In this document: positions 56,200 through 64,000 of the stretch, piece by piece
Position numbering within the stretch: position 1 is the first letter of the stretch
Layout: every line of letters starts with the position of its first letter
Origin: Sphingomonadales bacterium
Lineage (GTDB): Bacteria; Pseudomonadota; Alphaproteobacteria; Sphingomonadales; Sphingomonadaceae
Reading direction: 5' to 3'
Assembly: GCA_038328515.1 (NCBI GenBank)
Contig: JBBQMB010000001.1
Coordinates: 2,044 to 66,043, forward strand
DNA length: 64,000 nt
The notes under the pieces: model-generated
What the model was told of the DNA's origin: nothing
What the model saw: only the letters and a program-made list of their open reading frames with translations
Databases searched by the model: none
Translations under genes and position numbers: made by a program

Positions 56200-56265
56200 A
56201 ACAAGCGATGATTGCCAGCACCGACAGAGCCATCGACCAGGGCTGATCGCGCAATCGGGAGCGGC

Positions 56266-57588
56266 TTAGATGGGCGGCCGCGCAACGGCACCGGGGCCGG
56301 TTCCGTTGGCGGTTGGCACATCTGGAAAATGCACGCGGAACAGCGCACCGCCACCACCGGGGCTTTCAATCACGATGCTGCCGCCATGGGCATCGACCAA
56401 CTGTTTCACGATACCCAGCCCAAGACCCGCGCCATCGACGCCGCTGCGATCCCGGCGCCAGAAGCGTTCGAAAAGATGGGCCTGATCGGCGGCGCCAATG
56501 CCGGGGCCAAAGTCGCGCACGCTGATCTGTGGCCCGGGACCGGCAGCGACAATGATGTCGGTGTGGCCCGGTGCGTGCGCGAGCGCATTGTCGATAAGGT
56601 TGCGGTAAATCCGGAAGATCGCTTCAGCATGCCCGTTTACGCTGGCCCCACCATTGTCGGAAAAGGTGAGTTCGCGCTCGCCCGCGAAACTTTTTGGTGC
56701 CAGGAGCGCCACAGCGGCTCGGCCGACGGCGGCAAGATCGACAAGCGTTAAATCATCGACGACCAGTGCATCGGCCTGGGCCAGATCGAGCATCTGCCCG
56801 ACCAGCCGCGTCATCCGATCGGTGTCGGACTGAAGTTCGGCCTTGGTGGCGCCATCGGGCAGTTTTTCGAGCGACAACTGCATGATTGCCAGCGGTGTGC
56901 GCAACTCGTGTGCGGCATTGGCGGTGAAGTCTCGTAATGTAATCACCGATTTTTCGAGCCGTGCCAGCGCCCGGTTGACGGCGCGCACCAGCGTGTCGAC
57001 TTCGCGCGGTTCGCCCGGCACGGTCAACCGCAACGACATATCGTCGGGGTCGAGCGCATCGACTTCATCCTCGGCGCGGCGCAACGGCGCCAGGGTGCGC
57101 CGGACAGAAATGATGTTGAACAACAGCAGCAGCAGTGAAAGCGGTACCAGCGGCAGCGCGACGTGATCAGCAAGTTCGTTCATCATCACCGGCAAAAAGG
57201 GTTTCACGCCGATCGCATCGAACCGGATCAGTATCCAGCGCGGCGAAGGGCTGTTTTCCAGCCGCCGGACGCCGGTGATGCGGTAGCCACCGTCGATCCG
57301 GTCGCGCCGGGTCCAATCGATCAGCATGGCGTCGGCAGGGGTAGCCGGCCTGATAATCCTTGCCGACCAGTTCCGGCTTTCCGGCAGGCGAGCCGCTGCC
57401 GGGTCGGCAAACCCGCCGGCACGGTCTGCCTCCAGACTTAACAACTCCTGTGCCAGTGCTTCGGGATGGTGCAGATAAGTGACGACGACGATGACAATAT
57501 CCACCAACGCAAAGATCAGCGTGAACACCAGCAGCCGCCGGGTAATCTGGCGCAGGAGCGATGGCCCGGTTCCGGCGCGGTCAGGCAT
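56266..57588 (-). CDS. Two-component sensor histidine kinase
   Basis: It has two TM segments, a HAMP-like linker, the H-box AAHELRTPL, and N, G1 and G2 boxes (YRNLIDNA, DFGPGI, GAGLGLGIV). The ATG at 57588 overlaps the regulator stop by 8 nt. Confidence 0.9.
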   Translation of the reverse strand: MPDRAGTGPSLLRQITRRLLVFTLIFALVDIVIVVVTYLHHPEALAQELLSLEADRAGGFADPAAARLPESRNWSARIIRPATPADAMLIDWTRRDRIDGGYRITGVRRLENSPSPRWILIRFDAIGVKPFLPVMMNELADHVALPLVPLSLLLLLFNIISVRRTLAPLRRAEDEVDALDPDDMSLRLTVPGEPREVDTLVRAVNRALARLEKSVITLRDFTANAAHELRTPLAIMQLSLEKLPDGATKAELQSDTDRMTRLVGQMLDLAQADALVVDDLTLVDLAAVGRAAVALLAPKSFAGERELTFSDNGGASVNGHAEAIFRIYRNLIDNALAHAPGHTDIIVAAGPGPQISVRDFGPGIGAADQAHLFERFWRRDRSGVDGAGLGLGIVKQLVDAHGGSIVIESPGGGGALFRVHFPDVPTANGTGPGAVARPPI

Positions 57589-58279
57589 CTGCAACCTGCG
57601 CAGCGGCCACTGGCGCCAACAAGCAATAGCCGACACCATGAACCGTACGGATCGTCACATCGGCATTCGCTGCCGCAAGGCGGCGGCGTAACCGCGAAAC
57701 AACGGCTTCGAGCGCGTTTGGCGTGACTTCGGCATCCATCGCATAGAGTGAATTTTCCAACGCTGCCTTGGCCACGACGTTGCCACTCCGGCGCAAAAGC
57801 TGCTCGAGCAGAGCTCCTTCGCGCGGCGGCGCTTCGACACGGTGGGTTCCTATGGTGATGCTGCGCTGTGCTGTGTCGAGCATGACGTTTCCACAGGTGA
57901 GGATCGTCCCCAGCGCGGCACCAGGTCGTCGCATCAGCGCCCTGCAACGGGCTGCCAGTTCCGGTAACTGGAACGGCTTCACCAGATAATCATCAGCACC
58001 GGCATCGAGGCCGTAAACGCGATCATCGAGTCCGCTGCGTGCGGTCAGCACCAATATCGGCGTTGTGTCCTTGCGATGCCTGATCCGGCGTAACAGTTCG
58101 AGCCCATCACCGTCCGGCAAGCCCAGATCGAGCAGCAGCAGGTCATAGGTGTTCACCTGCAACGCGGTTTCAGCGTCCGCTATGGTATGGCACCAGTCGA
58201 CCGCGAAGCCCTGGCCATGCAGGCCATCGCGGATCAGGCCGGCCAGCCGGGGGTTATCTTCAATGAGCAGTAGGCGCAT
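57581..58279 (-). CDS. OmpR/PhoB-family response regulator
   Basis: The receiver domain is MRLLLIEDNPRL...LLLLDLGLPDGDG...LTAR...KPF. A winged-helix output domain follows (LTCGNVMLD...TPNALEAVVSRLRRRL...IRTVHGVGY). Confidence 0.95.
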   Translation of the reverse strand: MRLLLIEDNPRLAGLIRDGLHGQGFAVDWCHTIADAETALQVNTYDLLLLDLGLPDGDGLELLRRIRHRKDTTPILVLTARSGLDDRVYGLDAGADDYLVKPFQLPELAARCRALMRRPGAALGTILTCGNVMLDTAQRSITIGTHRVEAPPREGALLEQLLRRSGNVVAKAALENSLYAMDAEVTPNALEAVVSRLRRRLAAANADVTIRTVHGVGYCLLAPVAAAQVADA

Positions 58280-58572
58280 GATCGATATCGGCTCCCGATG
58301 CAGGGCGTTTGTAGCCGGTAATCATCGAACATGACAGGTTTTCGCAGTGACGCCCGTTTACGCACATTGCGGCGATAACAGGCATGATGGCAGGGTCCTC
58401 CACGATGATTGCGGCAGCGTCGCGCAGGCTTTCGCCCCACGCAACGCCCGGCCAAAGATCAAGGTTCGGTGCCGACCCGTCCGGATTGGCGTCGATGTCA
58501 TCCGATTTGCGCCGGGCTGACATGGGGTAAGATCGTCGGTCAGCGGCTTTGGTCGCAGATCAGAACCGCTGC

Positions 58573-59688
58573 TTACGCGGCGACCTGTCGGTTGCGCCGG
58601 GCGCGCGCTATGCCGCCAATGCCGCCAAAACCCAGTAGCATCATGGCCCATGATGCCGGTTCGGGAACGCCGCCGACACCGCCGCCGGGGGCTGCGAAGT
58701 TCAGCGCGGCGTTCTGGGCACCGATGAAATCGCCGACGTCTGTCGGGCCGGGCAGCGAATCGCCGAACCCGCTGGCAAACTGCGCCTCGTGCGAAATCGC
58801 ATCATAAAGCCCGGTAAAGCTGTAGAATTCGTAGCGACGGACAATCGATCGCGCATTGTTGCCGACCGGTGCCGCGCCGCCGTTCTCCAGAATGCCGGAA
58901 AGCGGGTTGCCGGGATCGGTCTGCAGCAATTGCCACTCGGTTTCGGTGTGCTGTTCGGCCTGTTGCACAAAAGGGTTGCCACCCAGGAGGTCCTCGAGCT
59001 TGACCTCCCCTTCGATCTCGGTGGTAAATACTTTTGCCCATATTGCGGTTCCGAATTGTGGCTCGGGACCATCGAGATTTGCGGGCGGCGCGACGATCTG
59101 CGCGACAATGACCGGCGGCGGCGCCGGATTGCCCGGTGCAGGCGCCTGCGGCGTTACCGTCCAGGTCGGCGCCAGGACGTTCGACGTCGCATTGACCAGC
59201 GTCGATGACCCCGGTGTTTGTTCGACCAGCCAGCTATAGGTCGTTTTCGTCGGGTTTGCCGAAAGCCCGACGCCAAAATGATCGCATGGTGTAGCCGGGC
59301 CATAGCCGGAGCCGCCAGTCCAGCAGCTCTCGCCAGGCGTGGAATAAACGCCGCTCGGTGTCCCGATCCAACCCGAAGGGGTGCCGCTCAAATCGGCGCG
59401 GTAGATGACGCGAGTGCCGAAAGTGCTGCCGTTGCTATATTCGGTGATGGTCGGTGCGCCATAGCGCTCCACCGTTGTCGGGAAACCGCGGCCAGCGCCG
59501 CCAAAGGTATCGGTCACGTTGCCCGCGTGGATGCCCTCGAGTTCGATCTCGAAGCCATGTGCCACGCTGCCGGTATTGTTGACCGCATCAAAATTGCCGA
59601 GCGAGCCAAAGATTGTCGTCGCATTCGCAGTGACTGGCAGCGCCAGAATGGCAACCCCAGCCAACAACCGGATCATAGCTTGTTTCAT
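58573..59688 (-). CDS. PEP-CTERM (PEPxxWA variant) sorting-domain secreted protein of unknown function
   Basis: The signal peptide is MKQAMIRLLAGVAILALPVTANA. The C-terminus VPEPASWAMMLLGFGGIGGIARARRNR shows the pattern PEP motif, then TM, then Arg cluster. A strong GGGAGG Shine-Dalgarno precedes the ATG at 59688. I recognise no domain in the roughly 320-aa body. Confidence 0.85.
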   Translation of the reverse strand: MKQAMIRLLAGVAILALPVTANATTIFGSLGNFDAVNNTGSVAHGFEIELEGIHAGNVTDTFGGAGRGFPTTVERYGAPTITEYSNGSTFGTRVIYRADLSGTPSGWIGTPSGVYSTPGESCWTGGSGYGPATPCDHFGVGLSANPTKTTYSWLVEQTPGSSTLVNATSNVLAPTWTVTPQAPAPGNPAPPPVIVAQIVAPPANLDGPEPQFGTAIWAKVFTTEIEGEVKLEDLLGGNPFVQQAEQHTETEWQLLQTDPGNPLSGILENGGAAPVGNNARSIVRRYEFYSFTGLYDAISHEAQFASGFGDSLPGPTDVGDFIGAQNAALNFAAPGGGVGGVPEPASWAMMLLGFGGIGGIARARRNRQVAA

Positions 59689-59899
59689 TGCTGCCTCCCT
59701 GGCCAAAGCCTTCAAAAAGCGCGCCATGAATGTTGCGATATCAGCGCGCCTTTTGCAGACGAATCACTCTTGCCACGTCATGCTGACGAAAGGCTGACGC
59801 CGCCGATAAATGGGCTTCGGCTTTGTAAATTCGTTGATCGCGGCCTGACTTCGGGCGTTATGCGCGAAAGCCTGCGGCGCGCCGCGGAAAATTCGTACA

Positions 59900-59946
59900 G
59901 GCCTTTGTGACGTCGGGCTTTTGTTACGTCAGGCCGTTGTCAGGTT
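59900..59946. promoter_or_regulatory. Direct repeats with 16-bp period (GGCCTTTGTGACGTC / GGGCTTTTGTTACGTC / AGGCCGTTGTCAGGTT)
   Basis: Read directly from the sequence: two near-identical units plus one degenerate unit. They lie 98-144 bp upstream of the czcB-like ATG, in the 355-bp divergent region shared with the PEP-CTERM gene. A role as a regulator binding site is inferred only. Confidence 0.35.
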
Positions 59947-60043
59947 GCGCCGCTATCGGCAAATCATTGATAAGGGGTAATGGCGCTTGTGGCCGCCAAT
60001 ATGCCGCTGTGTGTGTTTGTGCCGTCTCAACCTAAGAAGCGCT

Positions 60044-61108
60044 ATGTCATCCAGAAATCGTGCCATGGTCATTGCATTGCTCTTGCTCGGCGCGGCGGGA
60101 TCCGCTGCCGCGTCCGACCAGATATTGCGCGTCACGGTTGAGCAGCGCCGGCAACTGGGCATCAGAACAGCACAAGCAGCGCCGGCCATAGCGGGCCCGA
60201 TCGCATCGCTGCCGGCAACAGTCGTGCCGCCGCCCGGTGCGCGCGTCGCGGTGTCGGCGCCCTTCGCGGGTGTTATCCGGCAAAGCTTTGCGGTCGCAGG
60301 CCAGACGGTGGCGCGGGGCGAGGCCCTGGCGACCGTTTTCAGCCGCGAGGTGCTTGAAATGGGCGCCGAATTGTCGCGTGCCCGGGCGCGCAGCGGGGTG
60401 GCGCGGTCGGCCGCGGCGCGTGCCGAGTTGTTGGTCAGCGAAGGTATCGCCGCCGGGGCGCGCAGCGAGGAAGCCCGCGCCGCCCTGCGCGAGGCAGAAG
60501 TGGATGTAAGCGCGCGGGCCCGGCTGCTGGCCCTGGCCAATGCCAACCCGGCAACGGGCATTTATACCTTGCGGGCACCGATTGCGGGACGGATCAGCGC
60601 CGGCAATATCCAGATCGGCGGCGCCATTGATGGGCTTGCGGCGCCTTTTGTCATTGATTCGGCCCGGCGCTACGCCATCGAGGCACAGTTGCCGGTGCGG
60701 CTGGTCGGTGTGGTCAGGGCGGGTGATCGCATTGTCTTGCCCGGCGGTGCTATCGGCACCGTCACTTCCGTTGGCGTCACCATCGACCCGCAGACACGAT
60801 CTGCTGTCTTGAAGGCCAGCGTGCCGGCGGCACCCGGGCTGATCGCGGGCCAGGCAATCACGGTGGAATTGCTTGGAAGCGGCGTCGCCGGTGCCGTGAC
60901 GGTGCCCGCAACAGCGATCGTGCGGATGGCCGGACGAACCATGGTGTTCCTCGACGGGCCTGGGGGCTTCCGCGTCGTACCGGTCAGCCGCGTGTCCGGC
61001 AGCAGCGCCACTGCCGTCATTACCGGCGTGCCCGCTGGCGCGCGGGTTGCCGTGACCGGTGTCAGCGAGTTGAAGGCCATGGGCCTGAACGCGCCGGCCG
61101 GGAACTGA
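60044..61108 (+). CDS. RND efflux periplasmic adaptor (CzcB/CusB-like)
   Basis: It has a signal peptide or anchor and an alpha-hairpin region (ELSRARARSGVARSAAARAELLVSEGIAAGARSEEARAALREAEVD). The lipoyl/beta-barrel segment LRAPIAGRI is present. The gene lies directly upstream of a CzcA-type pump. Confidence 0.85.
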   Translation: MSSRNRAMVIALLLLGAAGSAAASDQILRVTVEQRRQLGIRTAQAAPAIAGPIASLPATVVPPPGARVAVSAPFAGVIRQSFAVAGQTVARGEALATVFSREVLEMGAELSRARARSGVARSAAARAELLVSEGIAAGARSEEARAALREAEVDVSARARLLALANANPATGIYTLRAPIAGRISAGNIQIGGAIDGLAAPFVIDSARRYAIEAQLPVRLVGVVRAGDRIVLPGGAIGTVTSVGVTIDPQTRSAVLKASVPAAPGLIAGQAITVELLGSGVAGAVTVPATAIVRMAGRTMVFLDGPGGFRVVPVSRVSGSSATAVITGVPAGARVAVTGVSELKAMGLNAPAGN

Positions 61109-61112
61109 TCTC

Positions 61113-64000
61113 ATGCTGCACCGTCTTGTCGCAGCGGCGCTTGGCGCGCGGATGGTCGTCATTGCGCTGGCGTTGCTGGCGGCTTGTGTCGGCGGCTGGG
61201 CCTTTGCCTCACTGCCGATCGATGCCTTTCCCGATATTGCCCCGACGCAGGTAAAAATCATCCTCAAGGCGCCCGGCATGACGCCCGAGGAAGTCGAAAG
61301 CCGGGTCATCACGCCGATCGAGACCGAAATGCTGGGTATTCCGAACAAGGTGATGCTCCGGTCGGTCGCCAAATATGCCGTCGCCGATATCACCATCGAT
61401 TTCAGCGATGGCACCGATATCTACTGGGCGCGTCAGCAAGTTGCCGAACGCCTTGCTGGCGTGCGCGACCAGATGCCCAGCCTGGTCGAAGGCGGGCTTG
61501 CGCCAGTCTCCACACCCTTGTCCGACGTGTTGATGTTCACCATCGAAGGTCCGCTCGATCTGGCGGCCAAGCGCACGCTGCTCGATTGGACGATCCGCCC
61601 GGCGCTGCGCACGCTCGCCGGTGTTGCCGACGTCAATTCGCTGGGCGGTCATGCCGAAACCTTCGATGTCCGGCCCGATCCGGTCGCGCTGGCTTCGGCA
61701 GGGTTGACCGTTGCCGATCTGCGCGCCGCCATCATGGCCGGCAACCGCAACGATGGTGCCGGGCGGCTGGCCGAAGGCGAAGAAGCCTTGATCGTGCGCG
61801 TCGTCGGCGCGGTGCAGACGGTCGATGACTTGCGCGAGCAGATTGTTGCCAATCGGCGCGGTGGCGTGGTGCGGTTGGGCGATGTCGCCAGCGTTTCGAT
61901 GGGCAGCCTGACCCGCTATGGCGCGGTCAGCCAGAATGGCACGGGCGAGGCGGTCGAAGGCATTGTCATTTCGATGCGGGGTGCCGATGCCTCGCGTGTC
62001 GTGGCCGCCGCCCGTGACAAGCTGGCCGAGCTGGCGCCGACCTTGCCCGCCGGGACGACGATCAAGGTGTTCTACGACCGTGCCGATCTGATTAGCCATG
62101 CCGTCGGCGCGGTGGAGGAGGCATTGCTGGAAGCAACGGTGCTGGTGATTGTTCTGCTGGTCATTTTCCTCGGCAATATCCGGGCGGCGCTGATTGTGGC
62201 GGTGACCTTGCCGATGGCGGCGTTGATCACCTTCATTCTGATGCGCACGGTCGGGCTGACGGCCAATCTGATGAGCCTTGGCGGCCTTGCCATCGCGATC
62301 GGCATGCTGGTCGATGGCGCCGTCGTCGTCATCGAAAATGCCGTCGAGCGTTTGAGCCAGCCCGAAACAATGGCCGAAACCCCGGCGTCGCGGCTGCTGG
62401 TGGCTACCAGCGAAGTGATCGTGCCGGTAACGGCCGGTATCGTCATCATCGCGCTGGTATTCATGCCGTTGCTGTCGTTGCAGGGGCTTGAGGGCAAATT
62501 ATTTGCACCGGTGGCGCTGACGATCGTCTTTGCGCTGGCGGCGTCGCTGGTGCTGGCGCTGACGCTCGTGCCGGTGCTGGCGGCACTGGGGCTCAAGCAT
62601 GGACAGCATGGCGAACCCTGGATCATGCGCCGCCTGTCACCGCTATATGCGCGGCTGCTCGATGCGGCGTTTCGGCATCGCACGCTGGTTTACGGTGTTG
62701 CCGTTGCTTCGCTGGCGCTGGCGATCATCACCTATGGCGCGGTCGGCAAGACCTTCATGCCGGTGATGGATGAAGGGTCGATCATCATGCAGACGACCAA
62801 ATTGCCCTCGATCGGTCTTGATCGCAGCATCGCCGTCGATCTCGCTGTGCAGCGCGCCGTGATGGCCAAGGTGCCCGAGGTTACCGGCATGGTTTCGCGG
62901 TCCGGTTCGGACGAGATCGGGCTGGACCCGATGGGGCTGAACGAAACCGATGGCTTTTTGACGCTCAAGCCGCGTGACCAGTGGCGCCGGCCCGACAAGG
63001 CGTGGGTGACCGGCGAAATCCGCAAGGTCATGGCCGGGCTCCCGGGCGTTGTGCCGTCCTTTACCCAGCCGATCGAGATGCGGGTATCAGAGATGCTGAC
63101 CGGCAGTCGCGGCGACCTGGTCGTCAAGATATTCGGGCCTGATCTTGCGATTCTGAGCCAGATTGCCGGCGAGGTCGAAACCCGGCTGCGCGCGGTGCGC
63201 GGTGCTACCGATGTGTTGACCCTGGCCAATGATCGGGTCGCCTATCTGCAACTCGATGTCGACAGGCTAGCCGCCGGGCGGGCCGGCATGTCGACCGACC
63301 AGTTCGAAGATGCGCTGCGCATGCAGGTCGAAGGCATGCGGGCCGGCGTGGTATCGCAGGCGCGGCGCCGCGTGCCGATCCTGATCCGCGGTGACGACAT
63401 GATCCGCAACGATGCCACTGCCTTTGCCGACATGCCCTTGCAGACAGCCGACGGCCAGACCGCGCGGGTGGGTGATATTGCGCGCATCAGCCGGGTCGAT
63501 GGCCCGGTAAAGATCGAGCATGAAAACGGTTCGCGGTTTGCCCTTGTTCAGGCGTTTGTCGATGGCCGTGACCTTGTCGGCTATGTCACCCAGGCACAAG
63601 CATCCGTCGCCGCCACGGTGAAATTGCCGCGCGGTTACACGATTGTGTGGGGCGGGCAGTTTGAAAACCAGCAACGCGCCGCGACGCGGCTCGGCATCGT
63701 CGTGCCGATTGCGCTGTTGCTGATTTTTGGCGTGTTGCTGGCAACGCTCAAGTCGCTGCGCGCGGCGCTGCTGATCCTCGCCAATATCCCGTTCGCCATG
63801 GTCGGTGGCATCGTCGCGCTGTGGCTGGCGGGGGCTTACCTGTCGGTGCCGGCGTCGGTGGGCTTCATCGCGCTGCTCGGCATCGCCGTTCTCAACGGGC
63901 TGGTGCTGGTGTCGCATTTTCGCGAACTGCGCGCCGATGGCCTGGCGATGGCCGAGGCGGTGCGCCAGGGGGCGGCGCGGCGGCTGCGGCCGGTGCTGAT
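61113..64000 (+). CDS. czcA: CzcA/CusA family heavy-metal efflux RND permease, 3' end beyond the window
   Basis: I translated this by hand from the ATG at 61113: MLHRLVAAALGARMVVIALALLAACVGGWAFASLPIDAFPDIAPTQVKIILKAPGMTPEEVE... The frame stays open to the window end, where it reads VRQGAARRLRPVL, matching the conserved RLRPVLMT. It is absent from the ORF track because no stop lies within the window. Confidence 0.9.
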   Translation, partial: MLHRLVAAALGARMVVIALALLAACVGGWAFASLPIDAFPDIAPTQVKIILKAPGMTPEEVESRVITPIETEMLGIPNKVMLRSVAKYAVADITIDFSDGTDIYWARQQVAERLAGVRDQMPSLVEGGLAPVSTPLSDVLMFTIEGPLDLAAKRTLLDWTIRPALRTLAGVADVNSLGGHAETFDVRPDPVALASAGLTVADLRAAIMAGNRNDGAGRLAEGEEALIVRVVGAVQTVDDLREQIVANRRGGVVRLGDVASVSMGSLTRYGAVSQNGTGEAVEGIVISMRGADASRVVAAARDKLAELAPTLPAGTTIKVFYDRADLISHAVGAVEEALLEATVLVIVLLVIFLGNIRAALIVAVTLPMAALITFILMRTVGLTANLMSLGGLAIAIGMLVDGAVVVIENAVERLSQPETMAETPASRLLVATSEVIVPVTAGIVIIALVFMPLLSLQGLEGKLFAPVALTIVFALAASLVLALTLVPVLAALGLKHGQHGEPWIMRRLSPLYARLLDAAFRHRTLVYGVAVASLALAIITYGAVGKTFMPVMDEGSIIMQTTKLPSIGLDRSIAVDLAVQRAVMAKVPEVTGMVSRSGSDEIGLDPMGLNETDGFLTLKPRDQWRRPDKAWVTGEIRKVMAGLPGVVPSFTQPIEMRVSEMLTGSRGDLVVKIFGPDLAILSQIAGEVETRLRAVRGATDVLTLANDRVAYLQLDVDRLAAGRAGMSTDQFEDALRMQVEGMRAGVVSQARRRVPILIRGDDMIRNDATAFADMPLQTADGQTARVGDIARISRVDGPVKIEHENGSRFALVQAFVDGRDLVGYVTQAQASVAATVKLPRGYTIVWGGQFENQQRAATRLGIVVPIALLLIFGVLLATLKSLRAALLILANIPFAMVGGIVALWLAGAYLSVPASVGFIALLGIAVLNGLVLVSHFRELRADGLAMAEAVRQGAARRLRPVL

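Noticed and set aside
57589-57639. Longer histidine kinase start at ATG 57639
   Set aside because: It would overlap the response-regulator gene by 59 nt. The ATG at 57588 gives the common 8-nt ATGCCTGA-type overlap and begins just before the first TM segment.

Overview
High-GC (about 64%) chromosomal segment from an alphaproteobacterium. A Sphingomonadales origin is my inference, based on a PEPxxWA-type PEP-CTERM protein, TonB-dependent receptor content and GTCATCCCGGG-type palindromic repeats. Coding density is high and most genes are ordinary core functions. These include fabD-fabG-acpP-fabF-mltG-ydcF-plsC, hisC-tyrC divergent from metXW, bfd-bfr, phaA/phaR, dksA, ibpA, sodC, an aminotransferase, a SulP/beta-carbonic anhydrase pair, two RND efflux pairs, one tRNA-Asn(GUU), and several transporters and DUF proteins. 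I saw no rRNA, CRISPR array, transposase, integrase or prophage module. The best candidate for an under-described system is the four-gene Anbu cluster at 18042-22248 on the minus strand. It encodes a circularly permuted ATP-grasp protein, an alpha-E protein, a transglutaminase and a proteasome-type Ntn hydrolase. This gene neighbourhood is known from comparative genomics but, to my knowledge, its substrate and role are unresolved. Here it carries a perfect 12-bp inverted repeat over the first ribosome-binding site and a nested palindromic repeat inside the operon. Second is a minus-strand block of an uncharacterised PEPxxWA-CTERM secreted protein followed by an OmpR-type response regulator and a histidine kinase. 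It sits divergent from a CzcBA-like metal efflux pair, with 16-bp-period direct repeats in the shared intergenic region. Product calls come from motif recognition in the supplied translations, not from database searches. The ORF track renders GTG and TTG starts as M, so I re-picked many starts from ATG position, Shine-Dalgarno spacing and neighbour overlap; these starts are approximate.
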